64,000 nucleotides of DNA from Acidimicrobiia bacterium (lineage in GTDB: Bacteria; Actinomycetota; Acidimicrobiia; Spongiisociales; ZC4RG35): assembly GCA_035461175.1 (NCBI GenBank), contig DATHVR010000030.1, positions 9,392 through 73,391 on the forward strand, read 5' to 3'. How positions within the stretch are numbered: position 1 is the first letter of the stretch; each line of letters begins with the position of its first letter. The notes under the pieces are model-generated. The model saw only the letters and a list, made by a program, of their open reading frames with translations, ran no database searches and was not told where the DNA came from. Below are positions 35,235-45,359 of the stretch, one piece after another. The position numbers and the translations under genes are program-made.

Positions 35235-36791
35235 TCAGTCGAGCCGGGTTCGGGACTGCTCCCGCAGGTAGCTGCGCAGGTACCAGGGGCCGCCGCCGCC
35301 CGCCCCTGACGTGCCCGACCCCTTCCATCCGCCGAAGCTCTGGATGTCCGGCCACGCCCCGGTGGTGGCACCGGCTTCCCGGTTGACGTAGGTGGTGCCC
35401 GCCTCGATGCGATCGAAGAAGTCCTGGATCTCGTCGTCGGACCGGGAGAAGAGGCCGGCGGTGAGGCCGAAGGGGGTGTCGTTGGCCTTTTCCAGTGCCT
35501 CCTCGAACGAGTCGACCGGGCCCACGACCACGAAGGGAACGAACAGTTCCTGGCTCCAGACATAGGAGTCCTCGGGTGCGGCCACGACGGTGGGGGCGAC
35601 ATAGGTCCCCTTGCCGAACTCGTCGTCGGTGAGTCGCTCGCCGCCCACCAGCACCTCGCCGCCCTTCGCCTTGACGTCGGTCACGGCCTCCTCGAAGCGC
35701 TTGACGGCGGTCTCGTCGATCACAGGGCCGGTGAAAACGTCCCGTTCGAGCGGGTTGCCGACCTTCAACTCGGAGGAACGCTTGCGCAGCCTGTCGACGA
35801 AGTCGTCATAGACGGAGCGGTCGACGTAGACCCGGGAGCTGGCCGAGCACTTCTGGCCCGAGAACCCGAAGGCGCCCCGCACCACCCCCTCGGCGGCCCG
35901 ATCCAGATCGGCCGAGGCGGTGACGATGACCGGGTTCTTTCCGCCCATCTCGGCTACCAGCGGCTTGGGCCGCTTCTCCCGCACCGTCCGGTACAGGTAC
36001 ATGCCCACGTCGTAGGAGCCGGTGAAGGTGAGCCCGTCGACGTCGTCGTGGTGGGCGAGACGATCCCCCACTTCGTCGCCACCGGTGACGATGTGCAGGG
36101 CGCCGGCGGGAAGTCCGGCCTCTTTCAGCACCCGGTAGAACTCGAGTGACATCAGGGCGCCCTGGTTGGAGGGCTTGATCACGACCGTGTTCCCGGCCAG
36201 GAGGGCACCGATCGAGGGACCCGAGGCGAGAGCCATCGGGAAGTTGAAGGGAGCGATCACCCCCCAGGTTCCGTAGGGCCGCAACACCGACGTGTTCTGT
36301 TCCCTGTCCGACAGCGACGACAGCGGGATCTCGAAGCCGTCGTGCTCGGTGATCTGGCGGGCGTAGTAGCGGAAGAACTCGACCGTCTCGGCCACGTCGC
36401 CGAGTGCCTCCAACCGGCTCTTTCCCACCTCGAAGGCCATCAGGGCCGCCAGGTCGAAGGTGCGCTTCTCCATGATGTCGGCACCCGCCAGCATCAGATC
36501 ACGGCGCTCCTGCCACGGCGTGCCCGCCCACTCCACCTCGAAGGCGGCGGCGGCGGCGACGGCGTCGTCCACATCCTCGGCGCGGGCCTGGGCGTAGCGG
36601 CCGACGACGATGTCCCGATCGATCGGAGAGCGCTCCTCGAACCACTCGTCGGAGGTGCGTTCTTCGCCGTTCACGATCAGGGCGTGGTCCTTGCCGAGTT
36701 GGTCCTGCACCCGCTCCACGGCGGCGTCGTATGCGGACTGGAGTTCCTCGTTGTCGGCGGACATGGTGGCGTAGGTGATCTTGAAGGCCAT
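35235..36791 (-). CDS. Aldehyde dehydrogenase family protein (1-pyrroline-5-carboxylate dehydrogenase-like)
   Basis: Trimmed to MAFKITYATM. ALDH Glu/Cys active-site regions are present (FTGSYDVG…ELGGKNP, GQKCSASSR). Confidence 0.8.
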   Translation of the reverse strand: MAFKITYATMSADNEELQSAYDAAVERVQDQLGKDHALIVNGEERTSDEWFEERSPIDRDIVVGRYAQARAEDVDDAVAAAAAFEVEWAGTPWQERRDLMLAGADIMEKRTFDLAALMAFEVGKSRLEALGDVAETVEFFRYYARQITEHDGFEIPLSSLSDREQNTSVLRPYGTWGVIAPFNFPMALASGPSIGALLAGNTVVIKPSNQGALMSLEFYRVLKEAGLPAGALHIVTGGDEVGDRLAHHDDVDGLTFTGSYDVGMYLYRTVREKRPKPLVAEMGGKNPVIVTASADLDRAAEGVVRGAFGFSGQKCSASSRVYVDRSVYDDFVDRLRKRSSELKVGNPLERDVFTGPVIDETAVKRFEEAVTDVKAKGGEVLVGGERLTDDEFGKGTYVAPTVVAAPEDSYVWSQELFVPFVVVGPVDSFEEALEKANDTPFGLTAGLFSRSDDEIQDFFDRIEAGTTYVNREAGATTGAWPDIQSFGGWKGSGTSGAGGGGPWYLRSYLREQSRTRLD

Positions 36792-36867
36792 TCGATCCTC
36801 CTGGTTTTGAGCGCACTTCCCACAGTAACGAAGGCGCAACCCTGTCGGTCGGGGTAGGTTGACGTCC

Positions 36868-39108
36868 ATGCCCGACGTCGCTTATCGCACCTGTCCGCTG
36901 TGCGAGGCCACCTGTGGTCTCGAGATTACGCTCGAGAACGGCGCCGTCAAGCGCATCCGTGGCGATCGCCACAACGTGTTCTCCGGAGGATTCATCTGTC
37001 CCAAGGGCACCACGCTGGGGCGACTCCACGCCGATCCCGATCGTCTCCGGTCTCCCCGCATTCGCCGGGGTGGCGAGGGGTGGGAGGAGGTGTCGTGGGC
37101 CGAGGCTTTCGCCTTCATCGAGAGCCGCTACCGGGCGGTGGTGGAGGCCGGGGGGCGGCAGGCGGCGGCGGCGTATCTGGGCAACCCCAACGTGCATTCC
37201 CTCGACAACGGGCTGGCGGTCCGTCCCTTCGTCAAGGCTCTCGCCACCCCCAACGTGTTCTCGGCCTCCACCGTCGACCAGATGCCCAAGCACGTCGCCT
37301 GCGGCTACATGTTCGGGCACCCGGCCACCATCCCCGTCCCCGACATCGATCGCACCGATCATCTGCTGATCCTCGGGGCCAACCCCTACGAGTCCAACGG
37401 CAGTCTCGCCACCGCCCCCGATTGGCCCGGCCGGCTCGAGGCACTGCGAGAGCGGGGCGGCACCCTGGTGGTGGTGGATCCCCGCCGGACCCGTACCGCT
37501 CGCGGGGCCGACCGCCACGTTCCCATCCGCCCCGGCACCGATGCCGCCTTGCTGGTGGCAATGGTCAACCACCTGTTCGCCATCGACGCCGTCGACCCGG
37601 CCGCCTTGGAGATCGCCGACGGCGTCGAGGAGGTGGCCGAGGCGGTGCGCGAGTTCACCCCCGAGTCCGTCGCTGCCTACTGCGGCGTCGATGCCGGCAC
37701 CGTCCGGTCACTCGCCGAGGAACTGGCGGCAGCCGAGCGAGGCGTCGTCTACGGGCGGATCGGAACGCACACCGTCGAGCACGGCACCCTGGCCGCCTGG
37801 GCGGTGGACGTTCTCAACATCCTGACCGGCAACTTCGATCGTCCCGGCGGCGCCATGTTCCCCCGTCCCCCCCATCTCTCCCCACGGCGCAAGGTCCGTT
37901 CCTTCGAAGTGGGCCGCTGGCGATCCCGGGTGCGGGACCTGCCCGAGGTGATGGGGGAGTTGCCGGTGATCACCCTGGCCGACGAGATCCTCACCGAGGG
38001 CGAGGGCCGGGTACGGGCCCTGTTCGTGGTGGGAGGCAACCCGGTTCTCACCAACCCCGACGCGGGGCGGCTGGAGGAGGCGCTGGCGTCGCTCGACCTC
38101 ATGGTCTCGGTGGACCCCTATCTGAACGAGACCTCCCGCTTCGCCGACGTCATCCTTCCCCCGCCGTCGGCCCTGGAACGTCCCCACTATGACCTCGCCT
38201 TCACCGGTCTCAGCGTACGCAACTACGCCATGTTCTCTCCCGTCGTCTTCCCGGCCGGGGGTCCGTCGGAGTTCGACATCCTCGTCACCCTGGCTGCCAT
38301 CGTGTCGGGGGCGGGAGCGGATCTCGATCCGGCCGGGCTGGCCCGGGCCAACCTGGAGCGCCCGATCGCGGCAACGGCGGCCGCGCTGGGACGGGAGGTG
38401 GACGAGATCCGGGCCGAGCTGGATCGGTGGGAGGATCCCCGTCTCGCCACGCTCGACCTTATGCTGCGAACCGGCCCCTACGGCGACGCCTTCGGTGCCC
38501 GGCCCGACGGGATCTCGCTCGCCACCCTGGCCGAGCATCCCCACGGTCTCGATCTGGGGCCATTGGAGCCGCGGCGGGAGGAGGCGGTGTCGACGCCGTC
38601 GGGACGGGTGCAGATCGCCCCGTCCGCCATCGTCGCCGACCTTCCCCGGCTCGTCCGGGCCCTGCACCACCCCGATCCCGGAGGAATGCTGATGATCGGT
38701 CGCCGGCAAGTACGCACGGCGAATTCGTGGCTGGGCAACATCGCGGTGCTGGTCCAGGGGCGCAACCGCTGCACACTCCAGATCCACCCCGACGACGCCC
38801 GACGGCTGGGCCTGGAACCGGGAGGAATGGCCGAGGTCACCACGGAGGTGGGCAAGACCACTATTCCGGTGGAGGTGACCGAAGACATCCGCCCGGGGGT
38901 GGTCAGCATCCCCTACGGATGGGGCCACGACGTCGACGGCGTCGAATTGTCGGTGGCCCGCCGCCATCCCGGCGTCAACGTCAACCTGCTCACCTCCACC
39001 GACCGCTTCGACCCCCTGTCGGGCAACGCCGCCCTCAACGCCGTCCCCGTCACCGTCGGCCCTGCCACCCAAAAAGAAAGGGCGAACCTGAAGACAGCGC
39101 GAACCTGA
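36868..39108 (+). CDS. Molybdopterin (Mo-bisMGD) oxidoreductase family protein, formate-dehydrogenase-like
   Basis: N-terminal 4Fe-4S motif CPLCEATCG…CPKG and MopB domains. The 3' end, encoding …RANLKTART*, is built from 17-bp tandem repeats. Confidence 0.8.
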   Translation: MPDVAYRTCPLCEATCGLEITLENGAVKRIRGDRHNVFSGGFICPKGTTLGRLHADPDRLRSPRIRRGGEGWEEVSWAEAFAFIESRYRAVVEAGGRQAAAAYLGNPNVHSLDNGLAVRPFVKALATPNVFSASTVDQMPKHVACGYMFGHPATIPVPDIDRTDHLLILGANPYESNGSLATAPDWPGRLEALRERGGTLVVVDPRRTRTARGADRHVPIRPGTDAALLVAMVNHLFAIDAVDPAALEIADGVEEVAEAVREFTPESVAAYCGVDAGTVRSLAEELAAAERGVVYGRIGTHTVEHGTLAAWAVDVLNILTGNFDRPGGAMFPRPPHLSPRRKVRSFEVGRWRSRVRDLPEVMGELPVITLADEILTEGEGRVRALFVVGGNPVLTNPDAGRLEEALASLDLMVSVDPYLNETSRFADVILPPPSALERPHYDLAFTGLSVRNYAMFSPVVFPAGGPSEFDILVTLAAIVSGAGADLDPAGLARANLERPIAATAAALGREVDEIRAELDRWEDPRLATLDLMLRTGPYGDAFGARPDGISLATLAEHPHGLDLGPLEPRREEAVSTPSGRVQIAPSAIVADLPRLVRALHHPDPGGMLMIGRRQVRTANSWLGNIAVLVQGRNRCTLQIHPDDARRLGLEPGGMAEVTTEVGKTTIPVEVTEDIRPGVVSIPYGWGHDVDGVELSVARRHPGVNVNLLTSTDRFDPLSGNAALNAVPVTVGPATQKERANLKTART

Positions 39109-39245
39109 AGACAATGCGAACCTGAGGTTCGGCTGTACCGCCACGGTGCAAAAGTCTCTCGAGAACGAGGGGCGGTCGGTCCATGCCCATGAACCTGAGA
39201 GAGTTCTGTACCGCCTCGGTACAAAAGAACCTGAGGTTCGCGTTA
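39082..39245. repeat. Repeat cluster: 3 x 17-bp tandem (gcgaacctgaagaca) plus two inverted copies of family-B palindromic repeat
   Basis: The reverse complement of 39128-39180 matches 23462-23512. A second copy at 39190-39245 is in direct orientation. Confidence 0.6.
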
Positions 39246-39258
39246 GCCTCCCCGGAGC

Positions 39259-40560
39259 ATGAGCGAGGAGATCAGGCCGGATCGGCTCGGGTTCGAGACC
39301 CTTGCATTGCACGCCGGGGTCGAGCCCGATCCCCGCACCGGCGCCTCCAACGTCCCCATCTACCTCTCCTCGTCGTTCGTGTTTGAGGATGCCGACCACG
39401 CCGCCTCCCTCTTCAACCTCGAGATACCAGGCCACATCTACAGCCGCATCTCCAACCCGACCGTGGCCGCCTTCGAGGAGCGGATGGCGGCGCTGGAGGG
39501 CGGCGTCGGCGCGGTGGCCACGGCCTCGGGCCAGGCCGCCCTGGTGCTGGTGGCCACCACCCTGTGTGAGTCCGGGAGCCACATCGTCGCCTCCAAGTCG
39601 CTGTACGGGGGGACGATCAACTTCTTGGCCCACACCCTGCCCCGCTTCGGGATCACCACCACCTTCGTCGATCCGGCCCGCCCTGAGGCGGTGGAGGAGG
39701 CGGTCACCGACGCCACGCGTTTCGTCCTGGCGGAGACTGTGGGCAATCCCACCATGCGGGTGGCCGATCTCCCGGCGCTGGCCGAGGTGTCCCACCGCCA
39801 CGGTCTCCCCCTCGTGGTCGACAACACCTTTCCCACCCCCTACTTGTGCCGACCGGTCGAATGGGGAGCCGACATCGTCTTCCATTCGGCCACCAAGCAC
39901 ATCTCGGGTCATGGCTCGGTGATCGGGGGAGTGGTGGTGGACGGCGGCGGCTTCGACTGGCAAGCCTCGGGTCGGTTCCCGTCCCTGACCGAGCCCTATG
40001 CCCCCTATGGCGGGATCGTCTTCACCGACCAGTTCGGAACCGCCGCCTTCGCCGCTCGGGCGCGAGCGGAGGGAATCCGTGACTTCGGAGCATGCATGTC
40101 GCCCGAGGTGGCCTATCGCCTTCTGGAGGGTCTGGAAACGCTGCCGGCACGGATGGACCGCCACGTGGCCAACGCCGTCCGGGTGGCCAGGTACCTGGCT
40201 TCGGCCGAGGGAGTCGCCTCTGTCTCCTACCCGGGCCTCGACTCCCACCCCGATCACGATCTGGCGGCCCGGCTGCTGCCGCAGGGAGCGGGCTCGATCA
40301 TGTCGTTCGTCCTTACCGGAGGGCGCGATGCCGGGCGTCGCTGCATCGAGTCCCTGCGCCTCTTCTCCCACCTCGCCAATGTCGGCGACTCCCGATCGCT
40401 GGTGATCCACCCGGCCAGCACCACCCACGCCCAGCTCGGCCCCCAGGCGATGGCGGCGGCCGGCATCGACGCCGGGCTGGTGCGACTGTCGGTGGGCCTG
40501 GAGGACCCCGATGACCTCATCGCCGATCTCGCCCGCGGGCTGCGGGCCGCCACCCGGTGA
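39259..40560 (+). CDS. metY: O-acetylhomoserine aminocarboxypropyltransferase (sulfhydrylase) MetY
   Basis: PLP-dependent Cys/Met metabolism family; NPTVAAFEERMAALEGG…HSATKHISGHG. Confidence 0.9.
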   Translation: MSEEIRPDRLGFETLALHAGVEPDPRTGASNVPIYLSSSFVFEDADHAASLFNLEIPGHIYSRISNPTVAAFEERMAALEGGVGAVATASGQAALVLVATTLCESGSHIVASKSLYGGTINFLAHTLPRFGITTTFVDPARPEAVEEAVTDATRFVLAETVGNPTMRVADLPALAEVSHRHGLPLVVDNTFPTPYLCRPVEWGADIVFHSATKHISGHGSVIGGVVVDGGGFDWQASGRFPSLTEPYAPYGGIVFTDQFGTAAFAARARAEGIRDFGACMSPEVAYRLLEGLETLPARMDRHVANAVRVARYLASAEGVASVSYPGLDSHPDHDLAARLLPQGAGSIMSFVLTGGRDAGRRCIESLRLFSHLANVGDSRSLVIHPASTTHAQLGPQAMAAAGIDAGLVRLSVGLEDPDDLIADLARGLRAATR

Positions 40561-41315
40561 CGGTCTACGTCCACACCGGAGGAAAACCCGATGCCGAGGG
40601 GCCCCCGGTGGTCTTCCTCCACGGTGCCGGCGGCGATCATACGGTGTGGCGGTTCCAGACCCGCCGGCTGGCACATCACGGCTATCACGTCCTTGCTCCC
40701 GATCTGCCCGGCCACGGCGGGAGCGATGGCGAACCGCGGGAATCGATCGAGGCTTGGAGTGATTGGTTCCTGTCGTTTCTCGACGAGCGATTGGATCGGC
40801 CGGCGACGGTCCTGGGCCATTCCATGGGAGGGTTGATCGCCATGCAATCCGCCGTCCACCATCCCGACCCTTTCGAGCGGCTGGTGCTGGTGGGCAGCGG
40901 GCGCTCGATGCCGGTCCATCCCCGCTTGGTGGAGGCGGCTCGCCACGATCCCGCCCTGGCGGCCGCGCTGATCTCGGGGTGGTCACTGCCCGCCGCCGAT
41001 CGCGGCGGCCACCCCGAGCCGGGCACCTGGCAAAAGGGCGGGATCGAGTGGCTGATCACCCGCAGCCGACCCGGTGTCCTGGCGACTGATCTGGCCGCCT
41101 GTTCGGCCTGCGATGTGCTGGTCGAGGAGATCCAGGTCCCGACCGAGGTCGTGATCGGATCCGACGACCGGATGGTGGGCCGCCGAGCCGGCGAGCAGCT
41201 GGCAGCCGCCATCCCCGGAGCCGCCTTTCACCTGATCGAAGGGGCCGGTCACGATCCGATGGTGCAGATGCCCCGGACTTTCAACCGGCTGCTCGACTCG
41301 TTCCTCGGCGTCTGA
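40557..41315 (+). CDS. Alpha/beta hydrolase
   Basis: GHSMGG nucleophile elbow. The GTG start overlaps the metY stop (GTGA). Confidence 0.75.
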   Translation: MTVYVHTGGKPDAEGPPVVFLHGAGGDHTVWRFQTRRLAHHGYHVLAPDLPGHGGSDGEPRESIEAWSDWFLSFLDERLDRPATVLGHSMGGLIAMQSAVHHPDPFERLVLVGSGRSMPVHPRLVEAARHDPALAAALISGWSLPAADRGGHPEPGTWQKGGIEWLITRSRPGVLATDLAACSACDVLVEEIQVPTEVVIGSDDRMVGRRAGEQLAAAIPGAAFHLIEGAGHDPMVQMPRTFNRLLDSFLGV

Positions 41316-41352
41316 CGGGAAGGTCGAGGCCCGGTACCGTGTTGGCCTCACC

Positions 41353-42507
41353 ATGAGCCAGAGCAGCGACTCCAACCTGGGACGGGTCAAGACCCGTACC
41401 CACACCCTCGAGGGACCTTTCCGCGTCCAGGGTGGCGGGGTGCTCTCCCAGGTGATCCTGGCGTACGAGCAATACGGGGAGGTGAACGAGGCAGGAGACA
41501 ACGTCATCCTGCTCTTCCACGCCCTCACCGGCAGCCAGCACGCCGCCGGCTGGAACCACACCGTGCCCGACCTGGCGGTGGAATGGACCGAGGAGTGCCA
41601 GGAAGGATGGTGGGACGGGTTCATCGGACCCGGCAAGGCGCTCGACACCGACCGCTTCGCCGTGTTCTGCGTCAACTACCTGGGCGGGTGCTACGGATCC
41701 ACCGGGCCGGCCTCGGTTGACCCCGAGACCGAGCGTCCGTACGGTTCCCGCTTCCCCGAGATCGCCCTCACCGACATCGTCGATTCCCAGATGCAGATGC
41801 TGGAAGAGATGGGCATCTCCCGCCTTCACGCCGTGATCGGAGGATCGGTCGGCGGAATGATGGCCGTGGTCGCCGCCACCCGCTATCCCGATCGGGTCGA
41901 CCTGGTGATTCCGATCGCCGCCGGGCTGGCGGTCACCTCGCTGCAGGTGATCCACAATTTCGAGCAGATGTTCGCAATCGTCTCCGATCCCGACTTCAAG
42001 GGCGGCGACTACTACGGGGGTCCCGGTCCCCAGCTCGGGCTCGCCCACGCTCGCATGATCGGGCACAAGACATTCGTCTCGCTCGATGCCCTCCGCCGGC
42101 GGGCCCGCGACGAGGTCATCCAGAACGAGGACCTGGGCGGGTATCGGGTGGGGCACTCGCTGGAGTCGTACATGCTCCATCAGGGCCAGAAGTTCGTGGA
42201 GCGCTTCGATGCCAATACCTACCTGCGGGTGATGGAGGTGTGGCAGCGCTTCGACCTGGAGGCAGAGGTGGGAGCACCGATTCCGGAGTTGCTCGCCCGT
42301 TGTCGGGAACAGGCATGGCTGGTGCTCACCATCGACAGCGATGTTTGCTTCTACCCCGACGAGCAACGAGACATGGTGGCGGCGCTCCGGGCCTCCAATG
42401 TCCCGGTGCGGTGGTTCACGGTCCACTCGGACAAGGGCCATGACTCGTTCCTGATCGAGCCCTGGCTGTACGAGGCGCTGCTCAGGGACATCCTCGCCGT
42501 ACCCTGA
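41353..42507 (+). CDS. metX: Homoserine O-acetyltransferase MetX
   Basis: FHALTGSQHAAGW and GGSVGGMMA are MetX signatures. Confidence 0.9.
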   Translation: MSQSSDSNLGRVKTRTHTLEGPFRVQGGGVLSQVILAYEQYGEVNEAGDNVILLFHALTGSQHAAGWNHTVPDLAVEWTEECQEGWWDGFIGPGKALDTDRFAVFCVNYLGGCYGSTGPASVDPETERPYGSRFPEIALTDIVDSQMQMLEEMGISRLHAVIGGSVGGMMAVVAATRYPDRVDLVIPIAAGLAVTSLQVIHNFEQMFAIVSDPDFKGGDYYGGPGPQLGLAHARMIGHKTFVSLDALRRRARDEVIQNEDLGGYRVGHSLESYMLHQGQKFVERFDANTYLRVMEVWQRFDLEAEVGAPIPELLARCREQAWLVLTIDSDVCFYPDEQRDMVAALRASNVPVRWFTVHSDKGHDSFLIEPWLYEALLRDILAVP

Positions 42508-42551
42508 GGCCGAATAGGGACCTTCCCCCATAGACAGATGGACGACGGCGG

Positions 42552-43217
42552 ATGATGCTCGAACCCATGCCAGATATCTTGACCAACGCGGGCGCGCCCC
42601 TTATCGGGTACCTGTTGGGAGCGGTGCCGTTCGCCCTCCTCATCGGGAGGATGCTCGGTATCGACCTGCGGACCGAGGGGACCGGCAACGTCGGAGCCGG
42701 CAACCTCACCAAACTGGCCGGGCTCCCTTACGGGGCGGCGGCGGCGATCCTGGATGGACTCAAGGGTCTGCTGCCGGTCCTGGTGGCCCGCCGCCTTGGC
42801 CTGGCCGACGGCGTGGCGGCCGCCGGTGGTGTGGCCGCCGTGATCGGCCACAACTGGTCGATCTACCTGCGCTCCCGCTCCGGGCGGGGGATGGCGACCT
42901 CGGTCGGAGTCCTGGTTGGGCTGGCGCCTTCGCTGATGGTCTGGACCGGGCTGTGGGCCGTGATCGGCTGGTGGATCGGAGGCGGTCTGGGCGGTTTCGT
43001 CGGCTGGGCGTTGCTTGGTCCGGTGGCGGTTATGGCGGGATATCCCCGGCCGGTGGTCATGACCGCCTTCACGCTCTCCCTGATCGTGCTCCTCCGCCGC
43101 GCTCAGGGGCAGGACGGAGACTCGTTCGAGTGGCGGGATGTGGCGGAGCGGGTGGTCTGGGACACCGATCGACCGGAGACGCTGGAGGACGGAAGAGCGG
43201 AAAGACCGGTCCGGTGA
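42552..43217 (+). CDS. plsY: Glycerol-3-phosphate acyltransferase PlsY
   Basis: GTGNVGAGN motif; about 5 TM helices. Confidence 0.85.
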   Translation: MMLEPMPDILTNAGAPLIGYLLGAVPFALLIGRMLGIDLRTEGTGNVGAGNLTKLAGLPYGAAAAILDGLKGLLPVLVARRLGLADGVAAAGGVAAVIGHNWSIYLRSRSGRGMATSVGVLVGLAPSLMVWTGLWAVIGWWIGGGLGGFVGWALLGPVAVMAGYPRPVVMTAFTLSLIVLLRRAQGQDGDSFEWRDVAERVVWDTDRPETLEDGRAERPVR

Positions 43218-44112
43218 GAAAAAGCTGGGCCGTGGCCATCGGTCTGGTGATCGCCGCCGCCTATCTGGCGGCGTTCATCTTCTTCATCGAACCCGAGGAT
43301 CTTCCTGCGCCGACTACCTGGACCATCGTGCTCCTGGGAGCGGCGGTGGTTGCCCAGCTCGCCGGTGTATGGATGTTCGGTGAACTGTTTCGCCAGGGCC
43401 TGGCTGCCATCGGACGCCGCGTCTCTGGCTGGCTTGGCTTTCGGGCGGCGCTGGTGGGCGCCACGGTCGCCCGGTTGTTGCCGGCGGGAGGGGCCGTCAC
43501 ACCTCTGGCCATGTCGTGGACGGTCAAGAGCCGCGTGCCTCACGCCAGCGGGGCGGCGATCCGCGCCACTGCCCTCAACTACGGCGCCCTGCTCGTCATC
43601 ACCGGTATCGGTCTGCTTCTCGCCGACGGGATGCGAAACTGGTCGGGCCGGATGCGGATAGTGGGGGCGGGTTCCCTGCTGATAGGAGGCGTGGTGCTCG
43701 CGATCGGGACCCGCCTCGGAGCGGTGTTACGCCGCCTGCCCCACCGTATTGCCGACCGGTTCCGGCACTCCACGGTCGATCTCGCCCTCGACCCGCGCGG
43801 CCACGGCCTGGTCTGGGGAAGGATCCTGACCGAGACTGCGGTACTCGGCCTGGTGCTGGTCGTGTTCGAGATCGAACTTGCCCCGATGCAACTGGCCGCC
43901 GCCTTCGGTATGTCCCAGCTGGCGGCGGGCATCCCCGGCACCCCGGGCGGGGCCGGATTTGCCGAAGCGGGGCTGGTGGGAGGTCTCGCCCTGTTCGGGG
44001 TTGGCGCCTCCACCGCCCTGGCACCGGTCCTGGTCTTCCGCATCGTCTCCTACTGGCTTCCGGCCGGAGCGGGGCTCCTAGCCGGCACTGCCGCCTTTCT
44101 CCGGGCCGGAGC
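43214..44112 (+). CDS. Flippase-like (lysyl-PG synthase TM region / UPF0104) membrane domain; reading frame continues into bcp with no stop
   Basis: GTG overlaps the plsY stop (GTGA). About 8 TM helices. There is no in-frame stop before the Bcp Met at 44113. Confidence 0.5.
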
Positions 44113-44566
44113 TAGCGTCGAGCCGATGAAAGCCAATTTCGACCTTCACGACCAAGACGGCAATCGGGTTACTTCCGACGACTACGCCGGAAAGCGCCTG
44201 ATCATGTTCTTCTATCCCAAGGCGATGACGGCTGGATGTACCACCGAGGCCTGCGACTTCCGCGATTCCTACGAGGAGTTGCTCGAGGCCGGTTATGAGA
44301 TCGTCGGGGTCAGCCCCGACGCCCCCGAGGACAACGCCGAGTTCCGCAAGAAGGAAGGGCTGCCCTTCCCGCTCCTGTCCGACCAGGACCATGCCTTGGC
44401 CGACCAGCTCGGCGCCTGGGGGACGAAGAAGCTCTACGGCAAGGAGGTCGAGGGTCTGATCCGCTCTACCTTCGTGATCGGCCCCGAGGGCGAGGTCGAA
44501 GAGGTATATCGCAACGTCAAGGCCACCGGCCACGTCGAACGGCTCAAGAAGGACCTGCTGACCTGA
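44113..44566 (+). CDS. bcp: Thiol peroxidase Bcp (peroxiredoxin), possibly expressed as a fusion with the upstream membrane domain
   Basis: FFYPKAMTAGCTTEAC is the peroxidatic-Cys motif. GGAG lies 14 nt upstream of the ATG. Confidence 0.8.
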
Positions 44567-44591
44567 TCGGAAGCGGGTTGCCCCGGGGCGG

Positions 44592-45359
44592 CTAGCGGCC
44601 CGGGCCGGGTGGGCCGGCGAAGACCTGGGCGATCTCCATCCAGCGCCGGGCCAGACCACCCTCCATCACCAGGTGAGTGTCGGCGAGATTGCGCCGCTGG
44701 GTCACCACCAGGCATAAGTCCTCGACCGGGCCGGTGATCGAGGCGTTTTCTTCGTCGTTCCACACCCGGATCGTCCCCGATGGGCCCCGCAGTGCCACCC
44801 GCACCCGTTGGTCGGGGATCTCCAACCCTCGATTCGAGAACGACCAGGAGAAGGTCCGCACTCCGAGGTCGGCGATGTGGAAGAGGCGGTCTGTCACGGG
44901 AAGGGAGGCGCCGAGGGCATCGGCGACGTCGGTGCCGTGGGCCCAGGTCTCCATCAGCCGGGCCACCACCGACGAGCGGGCCCGCATCGGTGGCCCGTAC
45001 CAGGGGAGCCGCTGCTCGGGGTCGACTCGGGCGAAGGCAGCGATCAGATCGGCCCGGGCCTTTTGCCACCACCCCAGGGTGTTGGGGCCATCGAGGGCCC
45101 GGTGGCGGTGGAGCTCGGCCACGTCGCCGGTGAGCGCCTCGATGTCGCGGTTCACCTGCTCGACGAAGGCATCGGGGTCGGACGCGGCGAGAGCGGCTCG
45201 CTCGTCGAAGTAGGCGAGGTGGCCGATCTGGTCCCGAATCGTCCACGGCTCGGCTGGAGTAATCGCCTCCCAACCGGCCGAATCCAGGCCTTCGATCAGC
45301 CTCATCAGCGCCTCGGTCTCGGCGGAGAGATCCGCCAGCAGCTCTGCGATCGTGCTCAT
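44592..45359 (-). CDS. TIGR03084-type DinB-like (maleylpyruvate isomerase N-terminal domain) protein
   Basis: Trimmed to MSTIAELLADL. WTIRDQIGHLAYFDE pattern. Confidence 0.65.
   Translation of the reverse strand: MSTIAELLADLSAETEALMRLIEGLDSAGWEAITPAEPWTIRDQIGHLAYFDERAALAASDPDAFVEQVNRDIEALTGDVAELHRHRALDGPNTLGWWQKARADLIAAFARVDPEQRLPWYGPPMRARSSVVARLMETWAHGTDVADALGASLPVTDRLFHIADLGVRTFSWSFSNRGLEIPDQRVRVALRGPSGTIRVWNDEENASITGPVEDLCLVVTQRRNLADTHLVMEGGLARRWMEIAQVFAGPPGPGR

Noticed and set aside
37708-40986. 1092-aa minus-strand ORF
   Set aside because: It is antisense to the molybdopterin oxidoreductase and metY. Composition is low-complexity R/G/P-rich.
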